Shown: positions 28,289 to 38,754 of the stretch, one piece after another
How positions within the stretch are numbered: position 1 is the first letter of the stretch
Layout: every line of letters starts with the position of its first letter
Virus record (IMG/VR): IMGVR_UViG_3300028833_000083
Location: 62,114-126,113 of that record
Length of the DNA stretch: 64,000 bases
Origin: a virus
Lineage: Duplodnaviria; Caudoviricetes
Reading direction: 5' to 3' (one strand)
Position numbers and translations under genes: made by a program
The notes under the pieces: generated by a model
What the model was told of the DNA's origin: nothing
Database searches by the model: none
The model's input: the letters and a program-made list of their open reading frames with translations, nothing else

Positions 28289-29938
28289 ATGGCAATGAAG
28301 ACATTACTTACATTTGCCGATCTCTACAAATTCTTTGAGGAACAAAACAAGGACTGTGTATTCAGTGCCAAAGATACCGACAAACAGTTTGTAATCGGTG
28401 AGTATGGACTTATGAAATTTGAAGAAGATAAGATTGGAGAAAATCTTCCAGTCCATCTTCAGGCATGTCATACTGGTACAAATGATAATAGGTGTAGGGT
28501 AAGCAACGAAGCTATGACAAATGCTTTGTCGTCGTTGATCAATAAGCCCATACTTGGATACATATATCAGGACGACGATGGCGAATTACAATTCCATGCT
28601 CACGATAATGGTGAACAAATTGTTGGTTTCTTACCTGAGTCATGCAATCCTAAAATTGTTTATGATGAAGAAAAGAAAAAGGAATATGTAGAGGTTGATG
28701 GAATAATTGTTGAGAATTACACTGCTGCGGCTGACATTCTGCGTAGAGAGCAAGAGTGTAAAGTAAGTGTGGAGATGGCAGTTCTTGAAATGAAGTATGA
28801 TGCCAAAGAAAAGATTCTCGACATTCTTGATTTTATCTTCACGGGAGTTACCATTCTCGGAAGAAATGAGGACGGAACTGAAGTTAGAGAGGGCATGGCT
28901 GGATCAAATATTACGATCAAGAATGCCGAGGTTTCGTTCAGTGAACAGCAAGCAAAACTCGAAGAGCTTAGTAAACAAGTTGAAGAGCTTAAGCAGAGTT
29001 TGGCTATAAATAATTCAGAGAAAGGAGGAAAAGAAGGTCTTATGAAGTTTGAGGAATTACTCGCAAAATATAATAAGACTGCCGAAGACATTACTTTTGA
29101 AACCGAAGGTCTTTCAGACGAAGAGCTTGAGGAAGCATTTGCAAAAGCATTTGCTGAGGAAGAGCCTACTGCTGAGGATGAGAACAAAGAGGAAGCACCC
29201 GCTGCTGAACCTGAGGCTGATCCTGAACCCGTAGAGCCCGAAGCTCCCGCTGAGCCCGAAACAGAAAAAGAAGAACCCGTCGGAAAGAAAGAGCCCGAAG
29301 AAGGCGAAGGCACTGAACCTTCCGCATCTGAAGATGCTGTAGTTACGGCATCCTTGAAGGTTGGTGAGAAGGAGTTCTCTCTTAATCTTGAGGAAAAGTA
29401 TGCAGCAATTTCCAATCTTGTAAATCTTACTTATGGCGAAGATGATTGGTATAGCGTAGATTTCTACGACGAGGAAGGATATGTAATCATGCAGTCTTGG
29501 TGTACTGGTGATGCTTACAAGCAGAGCGTAGAGCGCACTGGCGATTCATATGCTCTTGTTGGAGAAAGAGTTGCTGTCATGTCTGTTTGGGTAACCGCAG
29601 ATGAAAAGGCAGAGCTCGAGTCTATGCGCAGTTCTTATAATGACATTCAGACTAGACTTCAGAGATATGAAGACGAGCCTGAGAAGATGAACGTTCTCAA
29701 TGACGACGCTTATACAGATGTTCGTAATACTGAGGAGTTCGCTAAACTTATGGAGACAGAAGCACACTTTGAGCTTACTGTTGACGAAGTTAAAGCACAA
29801 GCTGATTCCATTCTGCTTAACGCAGCTAAGAACCATTCTCTTAAGTTTGCAGAACAGAATGTACAGACTACACGCAAGCCTCTTCCTACTAATGTGAAGA
29901 AGAATGCTGGTAGATATGGCAATATGTTTTCTAAATAA
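28289..29938 (+). CDS. Prohead protease-scaffold fusion
   Basis: ACHTGTN, KPILG, VSVEM, FTGVTILG protease region; acidic E/P-rich C-terminal scaffold; internal RBS-ATG near 29042. Confidence 0.75.
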   Translation: MAMKTLLTFADLYKFFEEQNKDCVFSAKDTDKQFVIGEYGLMKFEEDKIGENLPVHLQACHTGTNDNRCRVSNEAMTNALSSLINKPILGYIYQDDDGELQFHAHDNGEQIVGFLPESCNPKIVYDEEKKKEYVEVDGIIVENYTAAADILRREQECKVSVEMAVLEMKYDAKEKILDILDFIFTGVTILGRNEDGTEVREGMAGSNITIKNAEVSFSEQQAKLEELSKQVEELKQSLAINNSEKGGKEGLMKFEELLAKYNKTAEDITFETEGLSDEELEEAFAKAFAEEEPTAEDENKEEAPAAEPEADPEPVEPEAPAEPETEKEEPVGKKEPEEGEGTEPSASEDAVVTASLKVGEKEFSLNLEEKYAAISNLVNLTYGEDDWYSVDFYDEEGYVIMQSWCTGDAYKQSVERTGDSYALVGERVAVMSVWVTADEKAELESMRSSYNDIQTRLQRYEDEPEKMNVLNDDAYTDVRNTEEFAKLMETEAHFELTVDEVKAQADSILLNAAKNHSLKFAEQNVQTTRKPLPTNVKKNAGRYGNMFSK

Positions 29939-29965
29939 ATAATTTTTTGAAAGGAGCAACAAATC

Positions 29966-30454
29966 ATGGCTTATAATGTTACAGTTTCTAAGCATAACGT
30001 TGCATTTCCGTCCAAAGTTAGAAGTGGCGGAGATGGACACACTCTCAATATTTTTGTCGCAGCAGACACTGATAACGGTGTTATCGGATCTGTAGGTGCA
30101 TGGAAGGATTTTGATCGTTACAATTTCACCGCTGGTAACAGCTCTTTCGTAGGCAAGCTTCACGCTGCTGCTAACGGAAATTGGTATGTAGAAGTTACCG
30201 CTATCGACGTTGAGAATCCTCCCGTATTCCTTTACAATTCTCCCATCGTTGAGGACGAGAGATATAAGGATCAGCCCGATGTATTCTTCAATGCAAACGG
30301 CGATACCGTAAAGGGTTATGTTCTCGAGCTCTTCGATGTTGTCGAGGAGTCTGAGGCAATTTTCACATTCAACACCAGCAAAGCCGTTGACCTTGTTGAA
30401 GGTGCAACTGTTGAAGTTGCTACTGGTAACAAGCTCAAGGTAACTGCACCCTAA
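29966..30454 (+). CDS. Capsid decoration/stabilising protein
   Basis: Between scaffold and capsid; codon bias of a highly expressed gene; DNG motif. Confidence 0.6.
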   Translation: MAYNVTVSKHNVAFPSKVRSGGDGHTLNIFVAADTDNGVIGSVGAWKDFDRYNFTAGNSSFVGKLHAAANGNWYVEVTAIDVENPPVFLYNSPIVEDERYKDQPDVFFNANGDTVKGYVLELFDVVEESEAIFTFNTSKAVDLVEGATVEVATGNKLKVTAP

Positions 30455-30480
30455 TTAGAGAGAAAGGAGGACAATATATT

Positions 30481-31599
30481 ATGAGACTTACATTTTCCGA
30501 TCAGGAACTTAGCATCTTCGCTAAGCACAATACCAATGAAGACGCTATCAAGAACCTTATGTTCGACCTTTCTCGTGGTAATGAGATTATCGACGATGAG
30601 GGTAAGGTAGTTTCTAAGGCAGAAGCTAATGACAAGCTTCGTGCATTTGTACTTGACTTCTGTGGACTTGAGAAGGGATTCACCCAGAGAGAGTTCAAGA
30701 GAGCATATAGAGAGGGAAAGATCCGTAGATTCTTCGACCTTATTGAAGAGATTGTTGACACCGAGCTCAATGTTGGATATAGAGAGTCTGAGTGGTTCAA
30801 CAAGCTCGTTGACTACAGAAACATCGCTGACGGTGATGCAATTGAGTTCAAGGTAGAGGACGAGAATATCATCCTTTCCATCGCTGTTGTAGGAAAGTCA
30901 CATCACGACTATATCCTTCAGAGACCTACCCTTGGATCAACCTACACCCTTCCTATGGTTCGCTATGGCGCAGCTGTAGGTCTTGACATCAACAGATATC
31001 TTGTTGGTCAGGAGGATTTTGCAAAGCTTATTGCTATGCTTGTTAAGTCCATCATGGTTAAGAATCAGGGTATCATCTATGGCGCAATTGCTAACGCTGT
31101 TGCAAACATTCGTGTTACCGCTGGATTCGTAAACACTGGTGCTCTTAGCGCAGCTACCAAGGACGATTTCGATGAGATCGTTGATAACGTAAGAAGCCTC
31201 TATGGTTCCGCTGTAATTCTTGGTACCAAGAACGCTCTTAGAAAGATCACCGCTCTTGCTAACGTTCAGTGGGCAAGCGATGCTCAGAAGGACTCTGTTG
31301 CTGCCATTGGCAGACTTGCTTCTTATGAGGGAACTGATATGGTAGAGGTTGAGCAGAGATTCGCTGACAAGACTCTTACCACCAAGCTTATGGATGACAC
31401 CAAGCTTTACATTCTTCCTAGCGATGACTACAAGCTTATCGAGTTCGTTACCCGCGGAGAGACCGAGCTTGACGAGATTACCGAGAAGGGTGAGGAGCAT
31501 GGCCGTATCGACGACATCGGCAAGTACGAAGTTCAGTACGAGCAGGGTATCGCTGTTAAGGCTAACAGACAGTTCGGTGTTTGGACTATTACTCCCTAA
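30481..31599 (+). CDS. Major capsid protein
   Basis: 372 aa, position, strong codon bias, FDLIEEIVD and VILGTKNALRKI segments. Confidence 0.8.
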   Translation: MRLTFSDQELSIFAKHNTNEDAIKNLMFDLSRGNEIIDDEGKVVSKAEANDKLRAFVLDFCGLEKGFTQREFKRAYREGKIRRFFDLIEEIVDTELNVGYRESEWFNKLVDYRNIADGDAIEFKVEDENIILSIAVVGKSHHDYILQRPTLGSTYTLPMVRYGAAVGLDINRYLVGQEDFAKLIAMLVKSIMVKNQGIIYGAIANAVANIRVTAGFVNTGALSAATKDDFDEIVDNVRSLYGSAVILGTKNALRKITALANVQWASDAQKDSVAAIGRLASYEGTDMVEVEQRFADKTLTTKLMDDTKLYILPSDDYKLIEFVTRGETELDEITEKGEEHGRIDDIGKYEVQYEQGIAVKANRQFGVWTITP

Positions 31600-31649
31600 T
31601 TAATAAACGATAAAGAGAGTTCCTACTTTAGTGGAAAAGTTTAATAACG

Positions 31650-31674
31650 GTGGGGGAGCATATCGCTCCTCCAC
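31650..31674 (+). terminator. Hairpin downstream of the capsid gene
   Basis: GTGGGGGAGC-atatc-GCTCCTCCAC. Confidence 0.55.
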
Positions 31675-31702
31675 ATATTGAATAAAAGGAGATTATATAA
31701 TT

Positions 31703-32281
31703 ATGGCTTACGCAAAGAAAACGACTACTAAGAAAAATGCTACTAAGAAATCTACAACTAAAACAATTGAAGTAGATTCTATTAATATCAAAGATGAACC
31801 CGTTGAAATAGTTAAGGAGCGTGTGAAACACGATGCTTCTGACGGCATACTTTGTAGATCAGTAACTGTTGGAAAGCTTTGTATGGAAGGGTCTAATACT
31901 AAAATGGTATACAGATTTATGACTTATGGAGATGAACTTGAGGTAGAGTATAGAGACTTAGTAAGTGCTGTACGCTCTCATTCTGCATATCTGTTTACGC
32001 CCTATATAATAGTAGAGGATGAATTATTTATAAAAGAATTTCCAGAGCTTGATAAATTTTATAAAGAAAAATTTACAGTCAAAGAACTTTCCGATATCAT
32101 TTTAATGAATGAAGCTGAAATGGAAGATGCAATTGCAATACTTCCTAAAGGTGCTAAAGAACAGTTTATTAATATTGTGTCTACTAGTGTTGCCAATGGA
32201 ACGCTTGATAGCGTAAGAAAAATTAAAGCACTTGAAAGAATCCTTAATATTGATCTTTCATTAGTAGCAGAAATTCAGTAA
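31703..32281 (+). CDS. Head-associated hypothetical protein
   Basis: K/T-rich N-terminus; follows the capsid gene. Confidence 0.6.
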   Translation: MAYAKKTTTKKNATKKSTTKTIEVDSINIKDEPVEIVKERVKHDASDGILCRSVTVGKLCMEGSNTKMVYRFMTYGDELEVEYRDLVSAVRSHSAYLFTPYIIVEDELFIKEFPELDKFYKEKFTVKELSDIILMNEAEMEDAIAILPKGAKEQFINIVSTSVANGTLDSVRKIKALERILNIDLSLVAEIQ

Positions 32282-32300
32282 TCGTAAAAGGAGGAAGGTT

Positions 32301-32765
32301 ATGTCTTCTATAGTTTACGATGATATTTTCAGTAGCTTTCTGTCCAACATAGCGGACTATAAGATTGCAACTCAGGATGAAGATATAACCATTGAGCAGT
32401 TAAATGAATATCTGCACAAGGCTATCGGAACTCCTTACATCAGAGCTTTATTTATAACTGTCAATCTTAATGATGACGAGTCGGTGCTTACATATGAAAT
32501 GAAAAACCCCGATGTTAATGGGGATGATGATTTTATGATTAATATGTTGGGCAAAGCTATGGTGTATGAGTGGGTACATCCTCAGGTTCGCAAGACATCA
32601 TTATTGGCTCAGATGTTTTCAGGCAAGGAAGTAAAGTGGTACGCACAGAGTAATCACATGTCTGAATTGCGTGGAATTGAAGAAGATACTGAGCTTGAGG
32701 TTCGCAGGATGATAAGGGATCGTGGCTTTATCTCCAACAAGTATTTGGAAGGAGGTAACACATGA
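32301..32765 (+). CDS. Putative head-tail adaptor
   Basis: 154 aa, helical; position; YDDIFSSFL...YAQSNH. Confidence 0.55.
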   Translation: MSSIVYDDIFSSFLSNIADYKIATQDEDITIEQLNEYLHKAIGTPYIRALFITVNLNDDESVLTYEMKNPDVNGDDDFMINMLGKAMVYEWVHPQVRKTSLLAQMFSGKEVKWYAQSNHMSELRGIEEDTELEVRRMIRDRGFISNKYLEGGNT

Positions 32766-33088
32766 CGATCAAATTCACTGCTGAGCAAATAGAAAATGAA
32801 AAGAAGCTGTTGCAGAAAAAGATATTTTATCTGTTGCTTATAGTTGATCCTGAGACTGCGGCTAACTATCCAGATGTAGATATTGTTGCCGCATTTGAAG
32901 ATTTGTTTTCAGATCTTGACGGTCTTAATGAGGTATTTGAATACCCCACTGAAATGGTCAACATAGCAAAGAAACTTGCAAAAGCTTTAAAGGAGTTTCA
33001 ATCAGAGAGCTTCGAGTTTAAGAAGTACAGAAAACTTGTACTTGACGCTGGAAGTGAAGTAATGAAGATTGGGATCGGAGGTGCGTGA
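32762..33088 (+). CDS. Hypothetical neck-region protein
   Basis: ATGA coupling, RBS GGAGG. Confidence 0.6.
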   Translation: MTIKFTAEQIENEKKLLQKKIFYLLLIVDPETAANYPDVDIVAAFEDLFSDLDGLNEVFEYPTEMVNIAKKLAKALKEFQSESFEFKKYRKLVLDAGSEVMKIGIGGA

Positions 33089-34296
33089 TGCCCTCACTAT
33101 CAACTTACAAGAAAATAGTAGGTGCGCATACCAACGGTGAAGCCCATAAGGTAGAATCCGATATGGTAATGGAAGAAACATGGTACGACGATTTGCAAAC
33201 TCGTACTGCATATTTCTATGATTATGCGCATGATACACACCCTAGACAGTTCACGGGCTTAAGTCCCGAGGACGATAAATATAAAGTACCTATATCCATT
33301 AAGTATATGGAAAATAGTTCTCAAACTCTTAATAAGGATGCTGTAAGTTACCACATTATGTTCAAGCCTTCTCAGGATCTTGAGGTGGTAAGTTATTACA
33401 AGAAAGATTATGAAGAGAGATGGGGTGCCACATTTCCTTGTGGATTATATGTGGACATTCCAGATTATCGTGGAGAATATAATAGGTGGCTTGTGGTAGG
33501 ATTAGCCCAGAGCAACAATGCTCAGTTCCCTACCTATGAAATACTTAGGGTAAACTATCTCTTTACGTGGATTTTCAATCGTACTAAATATCAAATGGCG
33601 GGAGTCCAGAGAAACCAAAACAGCTATTCGAGTGGTGTGTGGATGGACTGGGTATTTGAAACGCCTAACGACGTTATTAAATTTTATCTGCCAATGAACG
33701 AGATTACTTCTCAGCTTACTTATAATCAAAGACTTATTGTTGACACAAAGATAGATACGACCAAAGGTGCGATACCGCGTGTATGGCAGATATCTAAAGT
33801 ATCTCGTACTACGCCTCATGGTATTGGTGTTTATACTGCTGCTCAAGATGTATGGGATCCTAATCGTGACTACATTGAATATGAAGTCGATGGCGATCCG
33901 TCCAGTATTCTTGGTATGTATGCGGACTATTATGGAGACTCTACTCCAGTAGACCCCAGTGATGAACCCGCACCAGTAGTTGGTGCTACCGTAGAAATAA
34001 CGGCGTCTGGTGTGTCCAAGTCTATTAAGATTGGTGGAAGCTCAAAGAAACTTACTGTTAAATTTTATAGAGATGGCGAAGAGATTGGATTTGAAAATGG
34101 AACATGGAGTTACACTGTTGATGGCGTAGACGTATCTGCGTTAATTACTGAAGATACTGCCAGCCTAGATCCAAATCAGATTCGTATTAAGTTTGCCGAC
34201 GACACAGCATATGTAGGAAAGGTACTAACCATATCTTATACTTCTACTATTACTGGAGCTGTTGGTACACTGCAACTAGCCATTGCAGGATTATAA
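33088..34296 (+). CDS. Putative head closure/neck protein with C-terminal Ig-like extension
   Basis: Position; GLYVDIPD...WLVV; beta-rich C-terminus; alternative GTG start at 33085. Confidence 0.55.
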   Translation: MPSLSTYKKIVGAHTNGEAHKVESDMVMEETWYDDLQTRTAYFYDYAHDTHPRQFTGLSPEDDKYKVPISIKYMENSSQTLNKDAVSYHIMFKPSQDLEVVSYYKKDYEERWGATFPCGLYVDIPDYRGEYNRWLVVGLAQSNNAQFPTYEILRVNYLFTWIFNRTKYQMAGVQRNQNSYSSGVWMDWVFETPNDVIKFYLPMNEITSQLTYNQRLIVDTKIDTTKGAIPRVWQISKVSRTTPHGIGVYTAAQDVWDPNRDYIEYEVDGDPSSILGMYADYYGDSTPVDPSDEPAPVVGATVEITASGVSKSIKIGGSSKKLTVKFYRDGEEIGFENGTWSYTVDGVDVSALITEDTASLDPNQIRIKFADDTAYVGKVLTISYTSTITGAVGTLQLAIAGL

Positions 34297-34309
34297 AGGA
34301 GGGATACGT

Positions 34310-34921
34310 ATGGAATGGACTGATGAAGATACCGCCTACTTTGCGTCCCTCGCAAATGATGTAGAAGATGACAACTCAAAGCTCAAAAAGGAAATAAAGG
34401 AAAAACTTATAAGTAACAAATATATTCTTAAGGCGTTAGACAACAAACAACTTGAAGAGGTTGAAGCTGATCCAGATGAATATTTTGGTCGCTCAATCAT
34501 GCCTTATTATATTGTTCACCCTACTCAGGTAGAGGCTAACAATTTCATTTGTTTTGAAACGCGCTTTGAAAGAATAGGAACCAGAGATATGAGAAATGCC
34601 ATGGAACAGAAACGTCAACAGATTATTTTCTATATTCTATGCGAACAAAAGAATCAGGCGGTAACTATCGACACTGAATTATCTGGTGGTATAACAGACC
34701 TTGGTATCGCGCGCCATGATTTGTTAGCATCGTTGCTTATACATGAATTTAACTTTTATCCGTTCAAGGGTGGAAAGGCTCGTTTAATCGCAGACGTACC
34801 CAGTACGACTGACGACAACTATGCATGTCGAACATTAACCTTTGAATTTTACACTGATGCAAATCTCGTTAAAACTGTTAATGGTGAGCCACAGCTTGTT
34901 AATAAGTTGTATGCTAAATGA
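34310..34921 (+). CDS. Putative tail completion/terminator protein
   Basis: AAGGAGG before ATG 34310; RHDLL...F and RTLTF pattern; position. Confidence 0.5.
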   Translation: MEWTDEDTAYFASLANDVEDDNSKLKKEIKEKLISNKYILKALDNKQLEEVEADPDEYFGRSIMPYYIVHPTQVEANNFICFETRFERIGTRDMRNAMEQKRQQIIFYILCEQKNQAVTIDTELSGGITDLGIARHDLLASLLIHEFNFYPFKGGKARLIADVPSTTDDNYACRTLTFEFYTDANLVKTVNGEPQLVNKLYAK

Positions 34922-35688
34922 GATATCCTAAACTAGAATTTGATCGTTTAAAGATATTCTTTGGTGATCCGCTAACTATTGACGTAGAGGGTGTCAGAGG
35001 AACAGTCACTGTTAAGTCGCCCACTATTGGCGACATCATACAAATTGGTGAAGGTAGATTCTATGGAACTTTGAGTATATTAGTTGGGAACACTACACAA
35101 TATAGGCTAATGCTTTGGAACTCTGGAATAGACTGGTGTGCAATCAGCGACTTCCAGATGTTTACAATGATGTATAAAGAGTTAGATGCAGAAGTGGTTA
35201 ATCTGTTGTTTGACAATGTAGACTTTTCTAAATTTGAAGTCTATAGTCGTCCACAAGAGGACGGCACTGAGGAAATATTTTTATATGACGAAGAATCCGA
35301 CACGGAGATAACGGAGGTCGTCTATCAGTATTTCCATCAATATCTCCAAACAGTTTTTAATATGAAGCCTGAAGAAGAGATCACTAAGGATCGACACCTA
35401 AAGGAGTGGTGGATAAGGAAGGATAATGTGGAGCTGTCACAAAAAGCTAAGAAGAAAGATACTTCTTCGTTTTCATTTGTGCCGCTCATTAGTACATATA
35501 TTAATCATCCCGCCACCAAGCATTCACTGCAAGAATTGCGTGATGTTGGCGTGGCAGAGTTCTTTGATTCGCTCAAGCGTATTCAACTGTATGAACATGC
35601 CACCGCTGTTCTTAAAGGTATGTATTCAGGTTTTGTAGATGCAAAGAAAATAGATCCCGCAAGTTATGACTTTGCGAAGGATATTTAA
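34918..35688 (+). CDS. Hypothetical tail-region protein
   Basis: 256 aa; PTIGDI...GMYSGFVD. Confidence 0.6.
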   Translation: MRYPKLEFDRLKIFFGDPLTIDVEGVRGTVTVKSPTIGDIIQIGEGRFYGTLSILVGNTTQYRLMLWNSGIDWCAISDFQMFTMMYKELDAEVVNLLFDNVDFSKFEVYSRPQEDGTEEIFLYDEESDTEITEVVYQYFHQYLQTVFNMKPEEEITKDRHLKEWWIRKDNVELSQKAKKKDTSSFSFVPLISTYINHPATKHSLQELRDVGVAEFFDSLKRIQLYEHATAVLKGMYSGFVDAKKIDPASYDFAKDI

Positions 35689-35708
35689 ATTTTAAGGAGG
35701 AAAACACT

Positions 35709-36527
35709 ATGGCTTTTAATCTTGGTAACTTTGCCGTTAAAGAGATTATCTATGGCGTAGCTCAGGACTTCGACAATGAGCTTCTTTACACCCTTGATCA
35801 GCTTACCTCTGCTTCCATTGAGATAAGCTCTGATCCTATTGAAATTCAGGATAAGAACGGAAACGTTATCCGTACTATCTATCAGAGCAAGTCTGGTACT
35901 TTTACCGCTACTTCTGCTCTGCTTTCTCCTGCTCTGCTTAACGCTCAGTCAGGATCTGACATGGAAGTTGCTGCTTCAGGCGCAGCCGTTGAAATGCCTT
36001 TCATTACCATCGTAGCTGCTGGTACTACCATTGAGGCTGCTGATGCTAAGACTGGTACCATTCATGTAATGGGACTTTACAACAACGGTGCTAACGGAAA
36101 GGTTCTCTCTCAGGGAACTTCTGCAGTTGTAGATCAGACTTTCGCATATGATGCTTCTGCAAAGACCATCACCGTTCCTTCAACTGCTACTGATGCTCCT
36201 ACCAAGTATCTTGTTAAGTACGACAGAGATGTAACTTCTGGATACAAGCTTGTGAACACCGCTTCTAAGTTCCCTGACACCATCCACCTTACTCTCTATG
36301 TTGCTATCGTAGATCCTTGTGAGGATGCTTACAGAGCTGCTTATGTTTACATTCCCAGCTTCCAGCCCGATCCTTCCGTTACCATCAACCTTGATGCTGA
36401 GAACACCGAGACTGATTACAATGGTAACCTCCAGATCGATTATTGCGATTCCGTAGATAAGGTTCTTTACTACATCTACTTCCCTGATGAGGACGCAGTT
36501 ACCACTGTTGTTACTAATCAGTCATAA
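35709..36527 (+). CDS. Major tail tube protein
   Basis: Strong codon bias, beta-rich, position upstream of the tape measure. Confidence 0.7.
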   Translation: MAFNLGNFAVKEIIYGVAQDFDNELLYTLDQLTSASIEISSDPIEIQDKNGNVIRTIYQSKSGTFTATSALLSPALLNAQSGSDMEVAASGAAVEMPFITIVAAGTTIEAADAKTGTIHVMGLYNNGANGKVLSQGTSAVVDQTFAYDASAKTITVPSTATDAPTKYLVKYDRDVTSGYKLVNTASKFPDTIHLTLYVAIVDPCEDAYRAAYVYIPSFQPDPSVTINLDAENTETDYNGNLQIDYCDSVDKVLYYIYFPDEDAVTTVVTNQS

Positions 36528-36545
36528 TCTATTCTGAGATTGTTG

Positions 36546-36580
36546 TAGGGGGCGGTGTAATATCCGCCTCCTATATTTTA
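36546..36580 (+). terminator. Terminator-like hairpin (loop TGTAATAT)
   Basis: TAGGGGGCGG-TGTAATAT-CCGCCTCCTA then TATTTT. Confidence 0.65.
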
Positions 36581-36594
36581 TGGAGGAATAACTA

Positions 36595-36906
36595 ATGTCA
36601 AAAAGAGGCATGAGAAGCTGCATTATTTGTGGCAAAGAGTATAGGTATTGCCCTAATTGTGGCGCTGATAATAAAGATGAAACTTGGAGATATCTCTATG
36701 ACTCAGAAGAGTGCATGAATGTATTTAATATCTTATCTAATTATAAAAATAATCATATAGATAAGGAAGACGCCAGAGATCAGTTTGAGGCTCTTAAAGT
36801 TTCTAAGGATAAAAAATTTACTGCTGAAATTCAGAAGCAGTTAGACGAAATTGTTAAAGTTAAAAAGGCTCCCAAAGAGGAAGCAAAGATTGTGAAAGAA
36901 GATTAA
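36595..36906 (+). CDS. Zn-finger protein
   Basis: CIICGKEYRYCPNC. Confidence 0.7.
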   Translation: MSKRGMRSCIICGKEYRYCPNCGADNKDETWRYLYDSEECMNVFNILSNYKNNHIDKEDARDQFEALKVSKDKKFTAEIQKQLDEIVKVKKAPKEEAKIVKED

Positions 36907-36909
36907 TTA

Positions 36910-36956
36910 TATGGGATAACATTTCACAATCTTGGTGATGGTTATCCCATTTTTTG
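36910..36956 (+). terminator. Terminator-like hairpin
   Basis: ATGGGATAAC...GTTATCCCAT followed by a T tract. Confidence 0.55.
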
Positions 36957-36969
36957 TGAGGTAAATAAT

Positions 36970-37293
36970 ATGGTGGAAATAATAAAAGGCACCACTCCAA
37001 TTTTTACTATACAGTTATCAAATGGTGTAAAATATGCAGATCTTGGCAGCACCCTCTTCTTTCGTTTTAAACAAGGTAGTATCATAGTAGACGTTGAGCC
37101 ATTAATAAATGCTTCTAATGTTGCAGTAGTAAAGCTTACACAAGAAGATACGTTAAAGTTTAAAGCGGGAACTGTGCAAGTGCAATTGATTGGAGTTGAT
37201 GGCCCCAAGGCTGCAGAAGTTGTAGTTAAGTCTGAGATTGCAGAAATGATTGTAAAAGATTCAATTATTAATACTGCATATCATAATTCTTGA
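36970..37293 (+). CDS. Small Ig-like protein (paralog of 5000..5305)
   Basis: IIKGTTPIFTI...LTQEDTLKF...VQVQ. Confidence 0.6.
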   Translation: MVEIIKGTTPIFTIQLSNGVKYADLGSTLFFRFKQGSIIVDVEPLINASNVAVVKLTQEDTLKFKAGTVQVQLIGVDGPKAAEVVVKSEIAEMIVKDSIINTAYHNS

Positions 37294-37306
37294 TTGGGGT
37301 GTTGTT

Positions 37307-37471
37307 ATGGATATAGTATCTACTAGTTCGTCTATCGCACCAGCACTTATAATTGCCGAGGGGGATAAGCGATTTGAATTAATATTTGCTAATGATGTTA
37401 AGGAAACAGAATTAATTATAGCAAAGCAAACGCCTACATTTAAAATAATTATAAATGCGTTTACTGAATAA
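37307..37471 (+). CDS. Small hypothetical protein (54 aa)
   Basis: GGGGTG RBS; MDIVSTSSS...NAFTE; fills the gap. Confidence 0.45.
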   Translation: MDIVSTSSSIAPALIIAEGDKRFELIFANDVKETELIIAKQTPTFKIIINAFTE

Positions 37472-37488
37472 GGAGGAAAACGAATAAA

Positions 37489-37752
37489 ATGAATGAGAAG
37501 GTTTATGAGACAAGTAAGATAACTGGAAGGACATATGAGCTATTCTCCCAGATAAGGATCCTTAATATACAGCAGTGTATTTTTTATCTGGAGAATGGCG
37601 TTGTCCTTAATGACATAGAAATTAGTGAAGACCGTAAGACGCATCAGCCAATTATGGTCTTTTTATTTAATAGAGAGGAAACTCGCGATGCTTACGATAA
37701 ATGGTGTAAGCGTCGCGATCAGATATTTGATTATGAAAGTAGCAGGAATTGA
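37489..37752 (+). CDS. Hypothetical protein
   Basis: AAGGAGG RBS; 87 aa. Confidence 0.65.
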   Translation: MNEKVYETSKITGRTYELFSQIRILNIQQCIFYLENGVVLNDIEISEDRKTHQPIMVFLFNREETRDAYDKWCKRRDQIFDYESSRN

Positions 37753-38224
37753 TGCAAGCACTACATGTTCGGGCTTAGCAATTATTGAAGATGGTAAGTT
37801 AGTATATCATGACATAATCGATATGAAACGAAACAGAGATTCTGAAAAGCGTGTAATGGATATGATGGATGAGATAGGCGCTTTTATAATTGATAATTCG
37901 CCCGATGTGGTTTATATTGAGGACTCATGGAATAAACAGAATATCGAAACTACCAAGATGTTGTCTAATATTCTTGGAGCGGTAATGTATGTATGCAGAA
38001 AAAATAATATACCATTTTTTAAATTACTTCCATCTGCTTGGCGTAGTACCGTTGGAATAAAATTAAATAAGGGTGGGGCTAAGCTTAAACGAGAAGAACT
38101 TAAAAAAGAAGCCGTTAATAAAGTTATGAGGTCACACAAGATAGAGTGTGGCGATGACGAAGCTGAGGCGATATGTATAGCTGAAGCTGGATGGCTTATG
38201 CAAGCAACTGATTTATTTGAATGA
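37733..38224 (+). CDS. ruvC: RuvC-like Holliday junction resolvase
   Basis: VAGIDASTTCSG, VYIED, W(R)S, DDEAEAICIA: RNase H-fold acidic residues. Confidence 0.8.
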   Translation: MKVAGIDASTTCSGLAIIEDGKLVYHDIIDMKRNRDSEKRVMDMMDEIGAFIIDNSPDVVYIEDSWNKQNIETTKMLSNILGAVMYVCRKNNIPFFKLLPSAWRSTVGIKLNKGGAKLKREELKKEAVNKVMRSHKIECGDDEAEAICIAEAGWLMQATDLFE

Positions 38225-38754
38225 AAGGAATTAAGATTATGAATATAGAAACATTTATTGCACAGATGAACGGTGATCATAAAGAAGGTGTTGTTGAAAA
38301 GCATATCATCAAACAATATGTGCCTCTTGAAAATAAAATTGCCGAGGCAAAAAAAATAATTAATACTGCATGCTATACAAGTGTTATAGATCCAATGGGT
38401 GTCGAAAAAAGAGTATTTAAAATTGATACAGTGCAAAAAGAATTTTTAACATTTTTAGCACTTATTAAATTATATACAGATCTTGATTTTTCTGAAAACG
38501 TTCTTAAGGATTATAATATGTTGGCAGAAAAAAAGTATACTAAAAAGCTTATTGGTGCCATGCCTGAAGACGCTCGCGATTTTAACACTGTTTTAAATAT
38601 GGTTTTTAATGATGAAATTGAAAATGTTACTTCAATTGGCAACGTCATTAATAGAGTTCTTTCTTCTTCTGATTCCGCAATCACTGCTATTATTAATGAG
38701 ATTATTTCTGGAGGTGTAAATAGTGGAGAAGAAAAACAAGGTGGCGATAAATAA
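38221..38754 (+). CDS. Hypothetical protein (possible tail assembly chaperone)
   Basis: Helical; lies before the tape measure. Confidence 0.5.
   Translation: MKGIKIMNIETFIAQMNGDHKEGVVEKHIIKQYVPLENKIAEAKKIINTACYTSVIDPMGVEKRVFKIDTVQKEFLTFLALIKLYTDLDFSENVLKDYNMLAEKKYTKKLIGAMPEDARDFNTVLNMVFNDEIENVTSIGNVINRVLSSSDSAITAIINEIISGGVNSGEEKQGGDK

Noticed and set aside
9147-29965. Recurring AATAATT upstream of several RBSs as a phage RNAP promoter
   Set aside because: Cannot be separated from AT-rich background without statistics or transcription-start data
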